A stretch of 20,034 bases of DNA from a bacterium (lineage in GTDB: Bacteria; Hydrothermota; 32-111), in the NCBI GenBank assembly GCA_050239825.1, contig JBFXGO010000038.1, positions 1 through 20,034 on the forward strand, in the 5' to 3' direction. The notes below the pieces were generated by a model, which had not been told where the DNA came from, searched no databases, and saw only the letters and a list, made by a program, of their open reading frames with translations. Within the stretch, counting starts at the first letter, position 1. Each line of letters starts with the position of its first letter. The position numbers and the translations under genes were made by a program. This document shows, in pieces, positions 1 through 9,584 of the stretch.

Positions 1-1
1 C

Positions 2-367
2 TATACAAATATCAGTTGTCAGGATACCTTAAACAGCGGAGTCATTGAATTTGTAAATGATACTGCTATGAAGAGAATTATAGAGACATCTAATGACGGA
101 AAAACAATAATTGTATTCTTTACTGCTTTAGGATGCACTGGATGCGATGAGCAATATCCGTATTTTAAAAAGGTGGCGAAAGAGCATAAAAATGAAATTA
201 CATTTTTGATGAACAAATGCCAGATGGGAAATCAAAAGTTTCACAAAGAGAAGTATATCATGATCGAAGTGTTTCCGACAATAATAGTCTTCAAAGACGG
301 CAAAGAGTATAAAAGGTTTTCAGATTCAATCGCCATGGAGGATTGGATGACCAATGATAAAAACTAA
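2..367 (+). CDS. Thioredoxin-fold protein, 5' end probably beyond the window edge
   Basis: CxxC motif (FFTALGCTGC) and cis-Pro loop (VFPTIIVFKDGKE). The frame is open from base 2 (YTNISCQDTLNSGVIEFVNDTAM...), so the start may lie upstream of the ATG at 68. Confidence 0.8.
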   Translation, partial: YTNISCQDTLNSGVIEFVNDTAMKRIIETSNDGKTIIVFFTALGCTGCDEQYPYFKKVAKEHKNEITFLMNKCQMGNQKFHKEKYIMIEVFPTIIVFKDGKEYKRFSDSIAMEDWMTNDKN

Positions 368-1010
368 AATATTTACATTTGGTATAATTGTTTTATTAGG
401 AATTTTTGGTTGTTTTTCTTCGGATAAATCTAAGGTTGATGATTCGATTTTGATTGAAAAGGAGGAGGTCGAATGTTCTGAAAGTATAGATGAAGAGATT
501 GATGTGACATTTGACATGGTTAAAGCTCTCTCAGATACGAATACTATGGGTTATAAATTGTTTGATAAAGCATACAATTACCTTAATGTTCCGTATTCAT
601 TCAATGGAAGGAGCAACAAGAAGATTGACTGCATGGGTTTGGTCTTTCTGGCATATACTGATGTTACAGGCAAGAGGTGGCAGGATTTGAGCGTCTCTCC
701 GAAACAGCTTATAAAGAGCGGAAAGCTCGGAAAGGCAGTTGAAGGTTTTGAAGGAGTTATAGCAAAGAATGCGGACTTTACAAAGCTGAAGGTGGGTGAC
801 ATCATCTATCTTCTTTTTGACTATAAGTGCAACAATGAGGGCGCCACCGTGACGATTGCAGAAAAGGATTATTGGGTGTGGCACATGGGGCTTTATGCAG
901 GAATGCATAATAATGAACCATACTGGCTTGAAGCGAATCCGGGAAGATATGTGATGCTTCAGAGAATGACAAATCAGCCCTTTGATGCTTTGATTGCCAC
1001 AAGACCATGA
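354..1010 (+). CDS. NlpC/P60-family cysteine hydrolase, probable lipoprotein
   Basis: PYSFNG...IDCMGLV (catalytic Cys), VGDIIY and WHMGLY (catalytic His); hydrophobic N-terminus ending in a lipobox-like IFGC. Confidence 0.85.
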   Translation: MIKTKIFTFGIIVLLGIFGCFSSDKSKVDDSILIEKEEVECSESIDEEIDVTFDMVKALSDTNTMGYKLFDKAYNYLNVPYSFNGRSNKKIDCMGLVFLAYTDVTGKRWQDLSVSPKQLIKSGKLGKAVEGFEGVIAKNADFTKLKVGDIIYLLFDYKCNNEGATVTIAEKDYWVWHMGLYAGMHNNEPYWLEANPGRYVMLQRMTNQPFDALIATRP

Positions 1011-1053
1011 AAAATTAAATTATTTTCGCTTGATGTTTCAAAAATAAAGGATA

Positions 1054-1453
1054 ATGCTAAATGCAGTTAAAATCTATTGACAAATATATTTGACTGTAAA
1101 ATTCTTAATTTCAGACAAAGAATATAAACAGACAAATAATGAAAAGACCCACATTGAGAATTGCGCACAATGCAGAGAAGTGTATGAAGAATTTATGACA
1201 ATGAAATCTTTAATAAGCGAAAATATGCCTGAAACAGAATATGGATTATAATATAAAGATAAATAAAAGGGCACGGAAAATCAACAGGTTCAAATTGTAG
1301 GCTTCATTTGCTCTGCTTTTAATGATTTCTGTTATTGCCGGAATGGTTCTTACGACTTCAATCATCAAAGATAAACATCAGGTAACTCAAAGAGATGAAT
1401 TCAATGAAATGCAAAATGAATATGTGGGAAAACAATACATTTTCCCGATTTAA
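1054..1453 (+). pseudogene. Degraded zf-HC2 (ZAS) anti-sigma-factor-like gene
   Basis: HIENCAQCREVYEEF (HxxxCxxC) from 1150. After a frameshift near 1241 come a basic stretch, TAG at 1298, a hydrophobic segment ASFALLLMISVIAGMVL and TAA at 1451-1453. AAGGA-ATG at 1054 is followed by an in-frame TGA at 1078. Confidence 0.55.
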
Positions 1454-1668
1454 TCTCTTTGAACCCGTATTTGGATAATTTGTTCTTTCAATAGAATACT
1501 ATTAAAAAAGAGATTCAAATTGAAATTTAATTAAAAGATTTTAACTTTTATTATGTTTTGCATATCTATTTAAATTTCCATTTTTAAAAAATTTATATTT
1601 ATAATCAAAAAAACAGGCCATTCAACAATAATTTTATGGTATAATATAGTTTTTAAAAAGGAAACCGA

Positions 1669-3033
1669 ATGAAAGGAATGAATAATACTTTCTTGTTAAA
1701 AAAATCATTTATATTATTTTTACTCTTTACGGTTATTCAGCTGTCTTTCCTTTTCATTCAACAAAGGAACAACAACTACTTCACAGCAGATTCATACGAA
1801 TATTTGAATTCTGCAATTAACATTCGGCAGTACCATTCGGCTTATTGCGGCGATTTTAATGAAAAAAAAGATGGTTTGCTTTACACAAAAAGAACCGCAG
1901 GTTATCCCTTATTCCTCCTAATATTAAGTTTTATAAGCAAAAGCCGGTTTTTTATCGCAGTTGTGCAATGCATTCTCTCTCTCTTATTCATCTTTTTTTT
2001 ATACAAGTGTTTTACAATTGTTTTTAAAGAAACTCTTGTTTTCGCAGTTTTTCTTGTCTCATATACTCTCTCTCCCTCTCAGTTTATTTATCCCGTCTTG
2101 ATAATGACCGAAAGTCTGTTTCAAATATCATTTGTATCGGCAATCCTATTCTTTATATTTTTTTTGAAGAGAAAAACCGTCGGTCTGCTTCTCCTTTCGG
2201 CTATCTTATTCGCTATTTCTATAGCCCTGAAACCCGTTGCTCTCTTCGTGTATCTGATTCTGTCTCCTTTTCTTGTTTTTTTTGCTTTCAGGTCTGTCCC
2301 CAAAAAACATTTGATTCTTTTTTTCATGATTCCCATAATAGTAGCCGGAGGAGCAGTTGCTTCAAATTATAAAACTTCAAAATCCCTCTCCTACTCATCA
2401 ATTGGATCAATCAATGTGATGAGATATTACACCTATATGTTTTTAAAAAGCGAAGAGAGCGAAATGTCTGCCGACTCATTTCTCAGTGATTGTGAATCAT
2501 ATAGAGATTCAACAGAGTATGCCGGCAAAATAGAGAATTATTATATCAGAAAATCTCTTTTTAAAATTGCAGAAAAACCATTTAAATTCATAGGATTCAA
2601 CATGAAGGGATGGGTGAATTATTTTCTTGATTTCGGAAGATACGATTTAAACCAGATTTTCGGAAACGGCAACAGAGAGTCAGAAGGTCTTCTCAATGTC
2701 TTTGCAAAAAAAGGATATGGCGGAATAATGGAGTACTTTAAAAGGCAGAATGTGTTTCAGGTTCTGTATTTTCTACTTTTAATCTCATTTAATGCGCTCT
2801 CTCTGCTTTCATTCTTGTACTTCATATTTATAGGAACGGACGATGTTAGAGTGAGAATAATTTTGGGTATTTCGGTTTTTGCAATAATGGCGGCTACAGG
2901 GCCTATTGGAGCTTCAAGGTTCAGACACCCCGTATTTCCTCTCATGTTATATGCACTGAATTACAATTTACATTTTATCTCATCAAAGATAAAATCATCT
3001 GACAATCGAAATCTTCAGAATAAGATTGTCTGA
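1669..3033 (+). CDS. Multi-pass membrane GT-C glycosyltransferase (family 39/ArnT-PMT-like)
   Basis: DSYEY loop after TM1, RTAGYPLFL, MTESLF, LKP and many TM helices. Confidence 0.7.
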   Translation: MKGMNNTFLLKKSFILFLLFTVIQLSFLFIQQRNNNYFTADSYEYLNSAINIRQYHSAYCGDFNEKKDGLLYTKRTAGYPLFLLILSFISKSRFFIAVVQCILSLLFIFFLYKCFTIVFKETLVFAVFLVSYTLSPSQFIYPVLIMTESLFQISFVSAILFFIFFLKRKTVGLLLLSAILFAISIALKPVALFVYLILSPFLVFFAFRSVPKKHLILFFMIPIIVAGGAVASNYKTSKSLSYSSIGSINVMRYYTYMFLKSEESEMSADSFLSDCESYRDSTEYAGKIENYYIRKSLFKIAEKPFKFIGFNMKGWVNYFLDFGRYDLNQIFGNGNRESEGLLNVFAKKGYGGIMEYFKRQNVFQVLYFLLLISFNALSLLSFLYFIFIGTDDVRVRIILGISVFAIMAATGPIGASRFRHPVFPLMLYALNYNLHFISSKIKSSDNRNLQNKIV

Positions 3034-4524
3034 AGATTTGATGAAGTAGTTGCCGGGTTTGAGAAGAGAATTCAAATTCAAGTAAAAACCATTTGAATTT
3101 CCTCTTACCATGGCATTTTCTATTATAACTCTTCCCGCTATGTCCAAAATGGATATTTTGGGGCATTTGCCGCTTGCAGGAAAAATGCGAAGAATCTTAT
3201 TTCTGTAATTGTAGAATAAGCCGGTCTTTGAAGTTTTGACCGGAATGGAAGGATATATCAAACTCTCCTCATGAGAACCTGAAGAGTTGAGAGAATCAAG
3301 AAAAAGTCCCGAGACATTGTAATCAAAATCGAAAATTTCTATAGGTGTGTCGGTTGCGGCATACTCCTCTCCGGTCAGTCTTATTGCTGTGAATGAGTTT
3401 AGATATCCGCTCTGAGAATCAGATAGTGTATCCTCCATGAAGAAGAAGAGTGAGTCGGGTCTGTTAAGAACAAAATCGGAGATATCGTAAAGAATGCTGT
3501 TTGATGGAAATGCATAATCAAGGAATGTTGACGGATATCCAGTTCTGTATCCGTCCATATACCAACTGTTCAATTGAACTGCATTTTGCGGGTCTGCTTC
3601 ATTGTTTGAGAAGAGCGCAAGGTCTATACAGTCCCTCTTTGAATGAGTCACATCTATCTCCGCATATATCGTCGGATGATAATCTACTCTGTCTTCACTC
3701 CACCAGAATCTCTGAACAGGAACATAGGTAGTGTATTTGATTGCCTGATAGGTTATCCACCAGTACCCCTTGTCTCCCCATGTTGTCCCCCATGAGTTGA
3801 CGCATCTGAATGCGCCGTATCCGTCAGGAGTAATTATTGAATCATCAAATCCGATTACAGTAACCACATGTCCGCCGTGGTTTGTTCCGCTCTGCAAGGA
3901 TACTGCGTAAAACTGCTGAGAAGAGGATATGGAATAAAAATTATCATACACATATATATGAAAGACAGCTATCTCTCCATTTGATATGTGCTGTTTAAGC
4001 TGTGTCAGGTCTCCAAGAAGAGTATAGTGGCTTGTTTGAGATCTGTAATTCATTGAGTTGAGATAATCGCTTCTGTCGGGATAAACAGTATAATTTGTAG
4101 TATAAGGCATGTCAGACATCGTGCATACTCCGTATTTTTCAATCATGAGAAGAACATCGTCAACGAAGCTTCCGTAGTTTGCTCCTCCGTTAAGTTGGTT
4201 ATATAAAAAAGAAGGGGAAAACTGATGGCTTGAATCCGTTATGTCCCATCCTCTCTCCTGCCATTCCTGAAATGTTTTATAATAATATCCCAATGCCCAG
4301 CATGTGCATGAGCCGAGAGATGCCTGATTCCCCACCGGAGCTATTCCCTCTGTGATTATTACAGAGGTATTTACAGCAGTTTTGCTCTCAATCTTCTTCT
4401 CTGTCACAAGGGGTGAAAAACTCATGCTATCAGGAAGAAGTCCGCCCAGCATGTAATTTTCCTGAGCTGATGCAAAAACAATCAATAAAAAAGAAAAAAG
4501 AGAGATGAAAAGTTTTTTATTCAT
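2995..4524 (-). CDS. Secreted papain-like (C1A) cysteine peptidase with a T9SS-type-A-like C-terminal domain
   Basis: NQASLGSC (Gln, Cys), FSPSFLYN, GGHVVTVIGFDD (His), NSWGTTWGDKGY (Asn). Signal peptide present. C-terminus ISILDIAGRVI...LKPGNYFIK. Start placed at 4524 because AGGAG lies at 4534-4530. Confidence 0.88.
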   Translation of the reverse strand: MNKKLFISLFSFLLIVFASAQENYMLGGLLPDSMSFSPLVTEKKIESKTAVNTSVIITEGIAPVGNQASLGSCTCWALGYYYKTFQEWQERGWDITDSSHQFSPSFLYNQLNGGANYGSFVDDVLLMIEKYGVCTMSDMPYTTNYTVYPDRSDYLNSMNYRSQTSHYTLLGDLTQLKQHISNGEIAVFHIYVYDNFYSISSSQQFYAVSLQSGTNHGGHVVTVIGFDDSIITPDGYGAFRCVNSWGTTWGDKGYWWITYQAIKYTTYVPVQRFWWSEDRVDYHPTIYAEIDVTHSKRDCIDLALFSNNEADPQNAVQLNSWYMDGYRTGYPSTFLDYAFPSNSILYDISDFVLNRPDSLFFFMEDTLSDSQSGYLNSFTAIRLTGEEYAATDTPIEIFDFDYNVSGLFLDSLNSSGSHEESLIYPSIPVKTSKTGLFYNYRNKILRIFPASGKCPKISILDIAGRVIIENAMVRGNSNGFYLNLNSLLKPGNYFIKSSDNLILKISIVR

Positions 4525-4540
4525 ATTAACTCCTGAAACC

Positions 4541-4605
4541 ATTATATGATATTTGTCCGTATAATCAATATCCTTACTTGAAAATAACTATTAAATGTGT
4601 ATAAT
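4541..4605. promoter_or_regulatory. Divergent sigma70-type promoters
   Basis: Minus strand: TTGATT(4568-4563)-16-TATAAT(4546-4541). Plus strand: TTGAAA(4578-4583)-16-TATAAT(4600-4605). Confidence 0.65.
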
Positions 4606-4613
4606 TCCAAAAT

Positions 4614-5240
4614 ATGAATTTGACGAACAAACACAAACTCATTTTTATATTCCTTTCGGTTCTGCTGTTTATTTCCTCATACGCTTCTCAGTCTGACACA
4701 GTTTCTTTTTACTATATAAACACCGGGCTTTTGAATCTCTCTTACGATTACCCGGAGCAGATGCATTTTTCACTGGGCAATTTCGAGCTCGGGTTCTGCT
4801 CTTCGCTTGGATTTAAATTCGGCACTACTCTCTTTTCAACAAAGATGGGGAATTTAATTTCAATGCTGCCCGTGTCATTTTCATATATTCCCTACAATAC
4901 CAACAAAAAAACATTTCTGAATGAAATAGACCTGACCCTCGAGGCAAATGCGTGGAGAAGTTTTGTTTCTGTAAATGACACTTCAATGAATATCTCATAT
5001 CTCGACACAAGGGTGACTTTCATAAAGAGAGACCTTCTGACAAAATTTGTGAACTTGAAGCTTTATGCAGGCTATCTCATATACAATCCTCTCGATTACA
5101 AATATTTTGATTCAAAACCATATATAGGAGCAAGCATCACCCTTCCCGTCTTTTATTTTTATGGTTCATTCGACTCTATTATTGCGCAGAACAGGGAGAG
5201 GTATTTCGAAGATGTAGAAAACCAAGAAATACGGGAATAG
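4614..5240 (+). CDS. Hypothetical secreted protein, possibly a beta-rich outer-membrane protein
   Basis: 208 aa with a signal peptide and aromatic-rich alternating segments; no family recognised. Confidence 0.6.
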   Translation: MNLTNKHKLIFIFLSVLLFISSYASQSDTVSFYYINTGLLNLSYDYPEQMHFSLGNFELGFCSSLGFKFGTTLFSTKMGNLISMLPVSFSYIPYNTNKKTFLNEIDLTLEANAWRSFVSVNDTSMNISYLDTRVTFIKRDLLTKFVNLKLYAGYLIYNPLDYKYFDSKPYIGASITLPVFYFYGSFDSIIAQNRERYFEDVENQEIRE

Positions 5241-5254
5241 GTTTTTAAGCGACA

Positions 5255-6457
5255 ATGTGGAATATGGTAAACATTATCGCTTATACTCTTACCATCTTTG
5301 TTTTTATTTTCCTCACATTCAACAAAAGCAAAAATACGGCAATGTTTCTCTTCACAACAGCTCTCCTGTTCTCCATAAATTATCTTATTCTGCCATTCTT
5401 CTCCCCTGTTTCAAAGAGGGTTATTTTTATCATAATAATTCTGTCTGACATTTCCTTTCTTCTTCTCTTAAAAAAGAATTTACGCACAAACAGAATACTG
5501 AATAGCCATCCCATAATAATGACAATCTACTTCATAATAGTACTGGCAGGTACAGCGGAGGGGGCGGTCGTCATGCTTCATCAGGCGAATCTGATAAAAC
5601 TATATTCTCCGCTTTTGATTATGGGACGCGGTGAAGGCGATGACTGGAGGCGAGCGCACATAACCGGCGACAAATCAAAAGTGTATGACCCTGTTATGTT
5701 CTGGAAACCCTCAACAGAGTATCCTTACAACAAATACGGATTCAAGGGAATACCATACGAAGATAAGAAGTCTTCGAAGAAAAGAATCTTCTTCTATGGT
5801 GATTCAAATACTGACGGACAAGATTTGATTTCATACCCGTATTATCTGCAGCGGATGTTTCAAGATTCCTTTGAGGTCTTTAATGCGGGAGTCGCCGGCT
5901 GGTCATCATATCAGGGATTGAAGAGATTGAAAGAGGATGTTGGCAGATGGAGTCCGGATGTAGTCTTTTTCTCATTCGGTTGGAATGATGCGGCGGGCGG
6001 CATGGGAAAACAAGATAAAGATTATAATCCTCCGTCTGAAATGACTGTCAAAGCCCAGAGATTTCTTCTGAATTATAAAATTGTTCTTCTCTTTCTGAAT
6101 CAAATCAAGAGAGAAGAGACCAAACATAGAGCATATCAGCCGAGAGTAGCCAAATCGGATTATATAGGCAACATGAAAGAGGTTCTCTCTTTATGCAGAG
6201 AGAAGAACATTCGTGTTGTTTTCATGACCAGACCATACGCTTATGACTCTGTTTTTTTTAAAACAGACTCTACATTCAGGCGTTTTGTTCCAGAATATAA
6301 TGAAACATTGAGAGTCTTTGCCTCAGAGAATCAAGCAGAGCTTCTTGACATTGAAGGTGAATTTTTCGGTAGAGAGGAATATTTTGCAGATGAGAGCCAC
6401 TTCAATGAAAAGGGATATGAAAAGATGGCTGAAATCATCAGCGGTTGCCTGAGATGA
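5255..6457 (+). CDS. Membrane-anchored SGNH/GDSL hydrolase
   Basis: About 4 N-terminal TM helices; blocks GDSNTDG, NAGVAGWSSYQG, GWND and DESH. Confidence 0.88.
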   Translation: MWNMVNIIAYTLTIFVFIFLTFNKSKNTAMFLFTTALLFSINYLILPFFSPVSKRVIFIIIILSDISFLLLLKKNLRTNRILNSHPIIMTIYFIIVLAGTAEGAVVMLHQANLIKLYSPLLIMGRGEGDDWRRAHITGDKSKVYDPVMFWKPSTEYPYNKYGFKGIPYEDKKSSKKRIFFYGDSNTDGQDLISYPYYLQRMFQDSFEVFNAGVAGWSSYQGLKRLKEDVGRWSPDVVFFSFGWNDAAGGMGKQDKDYNPPSEMTVKAQRFLLNYKIVLLFLNQIKREETKHRAYQPRVAKSDYIGNMKEVLSLCREKNIRVVFMTRPYAYDSVFFKTDSTFRRFVPEYNETLRVFASENQAELLDIEGEFFGREEYFADESHFNEKGYEKMAEIISGCLR

Positions 6458-7559
6458 GGCGCATGAGGCATTTTGTCTCTTCCGCAGACTCTTTGATGCG
6501 GTTAAAAATCTCCTTGTCCGAGGAATCAGAGTACTCTTCTGAAAGCACAATCTTGAATTTATAGCTGTTTTCCGAAAGATATTTTTTTACATATGTGGGT
6601 TTGTAAGAGATACTCTTTACTATAGCCTTTGAGTTTGTGCGGCTGGATTTTTCAACTATGAAAGAAAGAATCATGCCGCAGTCAGTGTGCTCTTTTCTTT
6701 GTCCGCAGAAAAAATTGCCTAAGGAGTAGGCTGAATAGACGATTCTGTTGTCTTTTGTCACAAGTGTCTCCACCGGTTCAATTACATGCGGATGAGAGCC
6801 TACTATTATTCCCGCGCCGGCCTCTGCGCAGAATCTTGCAATCCTTTTTTGATACTCGCTAGGCTCCCTGCTGTATTCGGTCCCATAGTGAAGAAAAAGC
6901 ACTATGAAATCCGAGATGTTTTTTGCCCTCTCTATATCGCTTCTTATTTTTGCAGTGTCTATCATGGCGACTTCCCAAGAATGCTTGGGCTTCAATCCGT
7001 TTAATCCGTATGTGTAGCTTAGAACTGCAACCTTCAGGGAATCCTTTACTGCAACATATATTTCTCTGCTCTTCTCTTCTGTGAGGAATGCGCCCAGTTG
7101 AATCATTCCGTTCTTCTCAATAAGATTGGTTGTGCTTTCGAGGCCCTCTTCGTAGTAGTCCATCGTGTGGTTTGTGCGGAGCATTAAGTCAAAACCGCTC
7201 TCATGAAGCGCCGTGAGAAGCTCATCCGGAGACTTGAACAGCGGGTATCCGGTATATGGACCTGTTGTGTCAAAGACGCCTCCAAGCCAGCATGATGTTA
7301 TATCCGCATCTCTGAGAGCAGAAGAGATTTCCTGAAAAGAGGCTTTAAATTCAAATCCGTCTTTTGTCTCTGCTGATTTCAAATTTGAATCATGGAGAAA
7401 TACATCTCCCACACAGTTGAATTTAATATAGGAGATATATGAAGATTCTTTTAATGGATGCTTTTTTGCGGCATAAGAAAGAACAAATCTTCCGGATATA
7501 AGATAAAGGAGGAGGAGAAGCAGAACGAAAAGAGGATAAAATATAACTCTTTTAAGCAT
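6438..7559 (-). CDS. CapA-family (PGA_cap) metallophosphoesterase-fold protein
   Basis: N-terminal TM; VGDVFLH, GYPLF, NHTMDY, LHYGTEY, GSHPHV, YSLGNF. Confidence 0.88.
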   Translation of the reverse strand: MLKRVIFYPLFVLLLLLLYLISGRFVLSYAAKKHPLKESSYISYIKFNCVGDVFLHDSNLKSAETKDGFEFKASFQEISSALRDADITSCWLGGVFDTTGPYTGYPLFKSPDELLTALHESGFDLMLRTNHTMDYYEEGLESTTNLIEKNGMIQLGAFLTEEKSREIYVAVKDSLKVAVLSYTYGLNGLKPKHSWEVAMIDTAKIRSDIERAKNISDFIVLFLHYGTEYSREPSEYQKRIARFCAEAGAGIIVGSHPHVIEPVETLVTKDNRIVYSAYSLGNFFCGQRKEHTDCGMILSFIVEKSSRTNSKAIVKSISYKPTYVKKYLSENSYKFKIVLSEEYSDSSDKEIFNRIKESAEETKCLMRLISGNR

Positions 7560-7566
7560 GACTGAT

Positions 7567-7594
7567 ATTATAATCCCGCCTTCCTTCAGGTCAA
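7567..7594 (-). promoter_or_regulatory. Sigma70-type promoter of the CapA-family gene, probably leaderless
   Basis: TTGACC(7594-7589)-16-TATAAT(7572-7567), 7 nt before ATG 7559. Confidence 0.6.
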
Positions 7595-7599
7595 GAATC

Positions 7600-7653
7600 T
7601 TAACAAATAATTAACAATTCTTTCACAGCATTTTAATTTACAGGGAGTATATT
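7600..7653 (+). promoter_or_regulatory. Pho boxes and -10 element of the porin-pst operon
   Basis: TTAACA(7600), TTAACA(7611), TTCACA(7622) and TTAATT(7633) at exact 11-bp period; TATATT at 7648-7653. Confidence 0.8.
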
Positions 7654-7677
7654 GTAGAAAACAAAAAAGGAGGTCTC

Positions 7678-8715
7678 TTGAAAAAACTTGGAAAAACTCT
7701 TCTGCTGGTTCTTCTCGGTCTGATTGCTTTTTCACAAGTCAGCGCCATTGAGTCAAAGGTTTCTATGGAGCTCTGGAGCCGATACACCGCGGATCTGAAC
7801 GGTTCTGAGATTTCCAAGAGCTACTTCTCTCTTGAAAGGGGATACTTTGGAGTTGAGCCCGCTTTTTCGGACAAGATAAAGGGAAGATTCACCCTTGATT
7901 TCTTTTCATCGGATAAGTTTGAGGACGGAGTGGGAATAAAACTGAAGTATGCATATATAGATTTTGCAATGCCTCTTAGAGATATGTCTCTTCAGGCAGG
8001 CCTTATAAAAACATACTTCGGAACAATATATGACTGGTCATATCCGACGATACAAAAATCGTTTGATGACAAAGAGAAGATTGTCTCCTCAGCGGATTAT
8101 GGAATTTCGGTAAATGGTCTGATTCCCGCAGGATTTGGAGAGTATGCACTCTCAATCTATAACGGCGAAGGGTATAATAAAACAGGAGGGAACATTGACG
8201 CTAACCCTGCATTCGCATTCAATTTAAGAGTTATACCTCTGACCGGAATCACTCTCGGCGGCTCAGTGCTTTATGAGGACCACTCACTTCTTGTCGATGC
8301 CGACACAACAATCTCTGATACTCTCCGCCTTGTTTATACCGGAGTGGGAAGAATTGCTTTTGGGTTTTTGGATATCTGGGCTCAGTATGCGGCAAAAGAT
8401 ATGGACGGAAATACGGGAACCGGACTTATGGTCATGCCCATTCTGAAAATAAATAAATTGACATCCTCTCTTGATATGGAAATTGTCGGAAGGTATGACA
8501 CATTCGACAAGAACAGAGAGGCGGGAGAGACAGATGATTCATATTCAAGAATAATTGCAGGTTTTAACTGGAATATCTTAAAAGACGCGAATGACGGAAA
8601 ACCCGTGATATTTGTGCAGACAAACTGGGAGAGGACAATGTATGAAGACACCACAAAGGATGCGCTTGACAATGTGTCCGTACAGCTTAGGTATCTCTTT
8701 ACAGGTAAAATGTAA
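7678..8715 (+). CDS. Outer-membrane porin, probably phosphate-selective (OprO/OprP-like)
   Basis: AGGAGG RBS with TTG start; signal peptide; beta-strand pattern (LERGYFG, LKYAYIDF, IVGRYD, VSVQLRY); first gene of the pst operon. Confidence 0.72.
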   Translation: MKKLGKTLLLVLLGLIAFSQVSAIESKVSMELWSRYTADLNGSEISKSYFSLERGYFGVEPAFSDKIKGRFTLDFFSSDKFEDGVGIKLKYAYIDFAMPLRDMSLQAGLIKTYFGTIYDWSYPTIQKSFDDKEKIVSSADYGISVNGLIPAGFGEYALSIYNGEGYNKTGGNIDANPAFAFNLRVIPLTGITLGGSVLYEDHSLLVDADTTISDTLRLVYTGVGRIAFGFLDIWAQYAAKDMDGNTGTGLMVMPILKINKLTSSLDMEIVGRYDTFDKNREAGETDDSYSRIIAGFNWNILKDANDGKPVIFVQTNWERTMYEDTTKDALDNVSVQLRYLFTGKM

Positions 8716-8730
8716 AATCAAGGAGGAACA

Positions 8731-9534
8731 ATGAAAAGAACCATACTTGCATTTCTAATTCTTGTAATAGCGGCCGGAACGGTCTTTGCGGGTGACATCA
8801 CGATGTCCGGCTCCACTACTGTATTTCCGATAGCTCAACTTGCCGCAGAAAGATTCATGGAAAATAATGAGGATATAAACATTTCAGTCAGAGGCGGCGG
8901 CTCCGGTGTCGGAATAACCGATATCATGCTTGGAAGAGTTGACATCGGAAACGCTTCAAGGTCCATAAAGACGAAAGAGCTTAAACAGGCCAAAGAGAAC
9001 GGTATAAACATAGTAGAGACTGTGGTTGCAAATGATGGAATAGCAATTGTGATAAATCCCTCAAATGGAATAAATGAATTGACTCTGGAGCAGGCAAAGA
9101 AAATCTTCACGGGAGAGATAAGCAATTGGAAACAGCTGGGCGGCAAGTCAATGCCCATAGTCGCCATATCAAGAGATGTCTCTTCAGGCACATTTGAAGT
9201 TTTTAAGGAGCTTGTCCTAAGGGGTGGAAAGGTAAGAGAAGATGCTCTTCTTCTGGCATCAAACAATGCAGTTGCATCAAATGTTGCGGAAACCCCGGGT
9301 GCGATAGGATACATAGGATTCGGGTTTTTGAGCGATAAGATAAAAGCATTGAAGATAGACAATGTAGAGCCATCGGAGAAGACGGTTAATGACGGCACAT
9401 ACAAGATAGCGAGGAAGCTCTATATGTACACTAACGGCTCTCCCAAGGGAGAAGTCAAATCTTTCATAGATTTTATTCTATCGGAAGATGGACAGGAAAT
9501 AGTAAAAGAGACAGGATACATACCGTTAAAATAA
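8731..9534 (+). CDS. pstS: Phosphate ABC transporter substrate-binding protein
   Basis: GSTTVFP, GGGSGVG, ASRS, SRDVSSGT, AIGYIG; signal peptide without a lipobox. Confidence 0.95.
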   Translation: MKRTILAFLILVIAAGTVFAGDITMSGSTTVFPIAQLAAERFMENNEDINISVRGGGSGVGITDIMLGRVDIGNASRSIKTKELKQAKENGINIVETVVANDGIAIVINPSNGINELTLEQAKKIFTGEISNWKQLGGKSMPIVAISRDVSSGTFEVFKELVLRGGKVREDALLLASNNAVASNVAETPGAIGYIGFGFLSDKIKALKIDNVEPSEKTVNDGTYKIARKLYMYTNGSPKGEVKSFIDFILSEDGQEIVKETGYIPLK

Positions 9535-9546
9535 TTAAGGATAGCG

Positions 9547-9569
9547 GGAGCGTCTCAATGAGACGCTCC
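9547..9569 (+). other. Perfect stem-loop between pstS and pstC
   Basis: GGAGCGTCTCA-A-TGAGACGCTCC; no downstream U-tract. Confidence 0.8.
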
Positions 9570-9584
9570 TGAATAAATTAAAAA

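Noticed and set aside
1078..1300. Stop-codon recoding to rescue the zf-HC2 ORF
   Set aside because: It would need different stops plus a frameshift, and TGA, TAG and TAA all end genes normally elsewhere in the window.
2995..6457. Convergent 3' overlaps (39 bp at 2995-3033; 20 bp at 6438-6457) as antisense regulation
   Set aside because: Short convergent overlaps are common in compact genomes; no further evidence.
9547..9575. Intrinsic terminator after pstS
   Set aside because: No U-tract follows the hairpin on the + strand.
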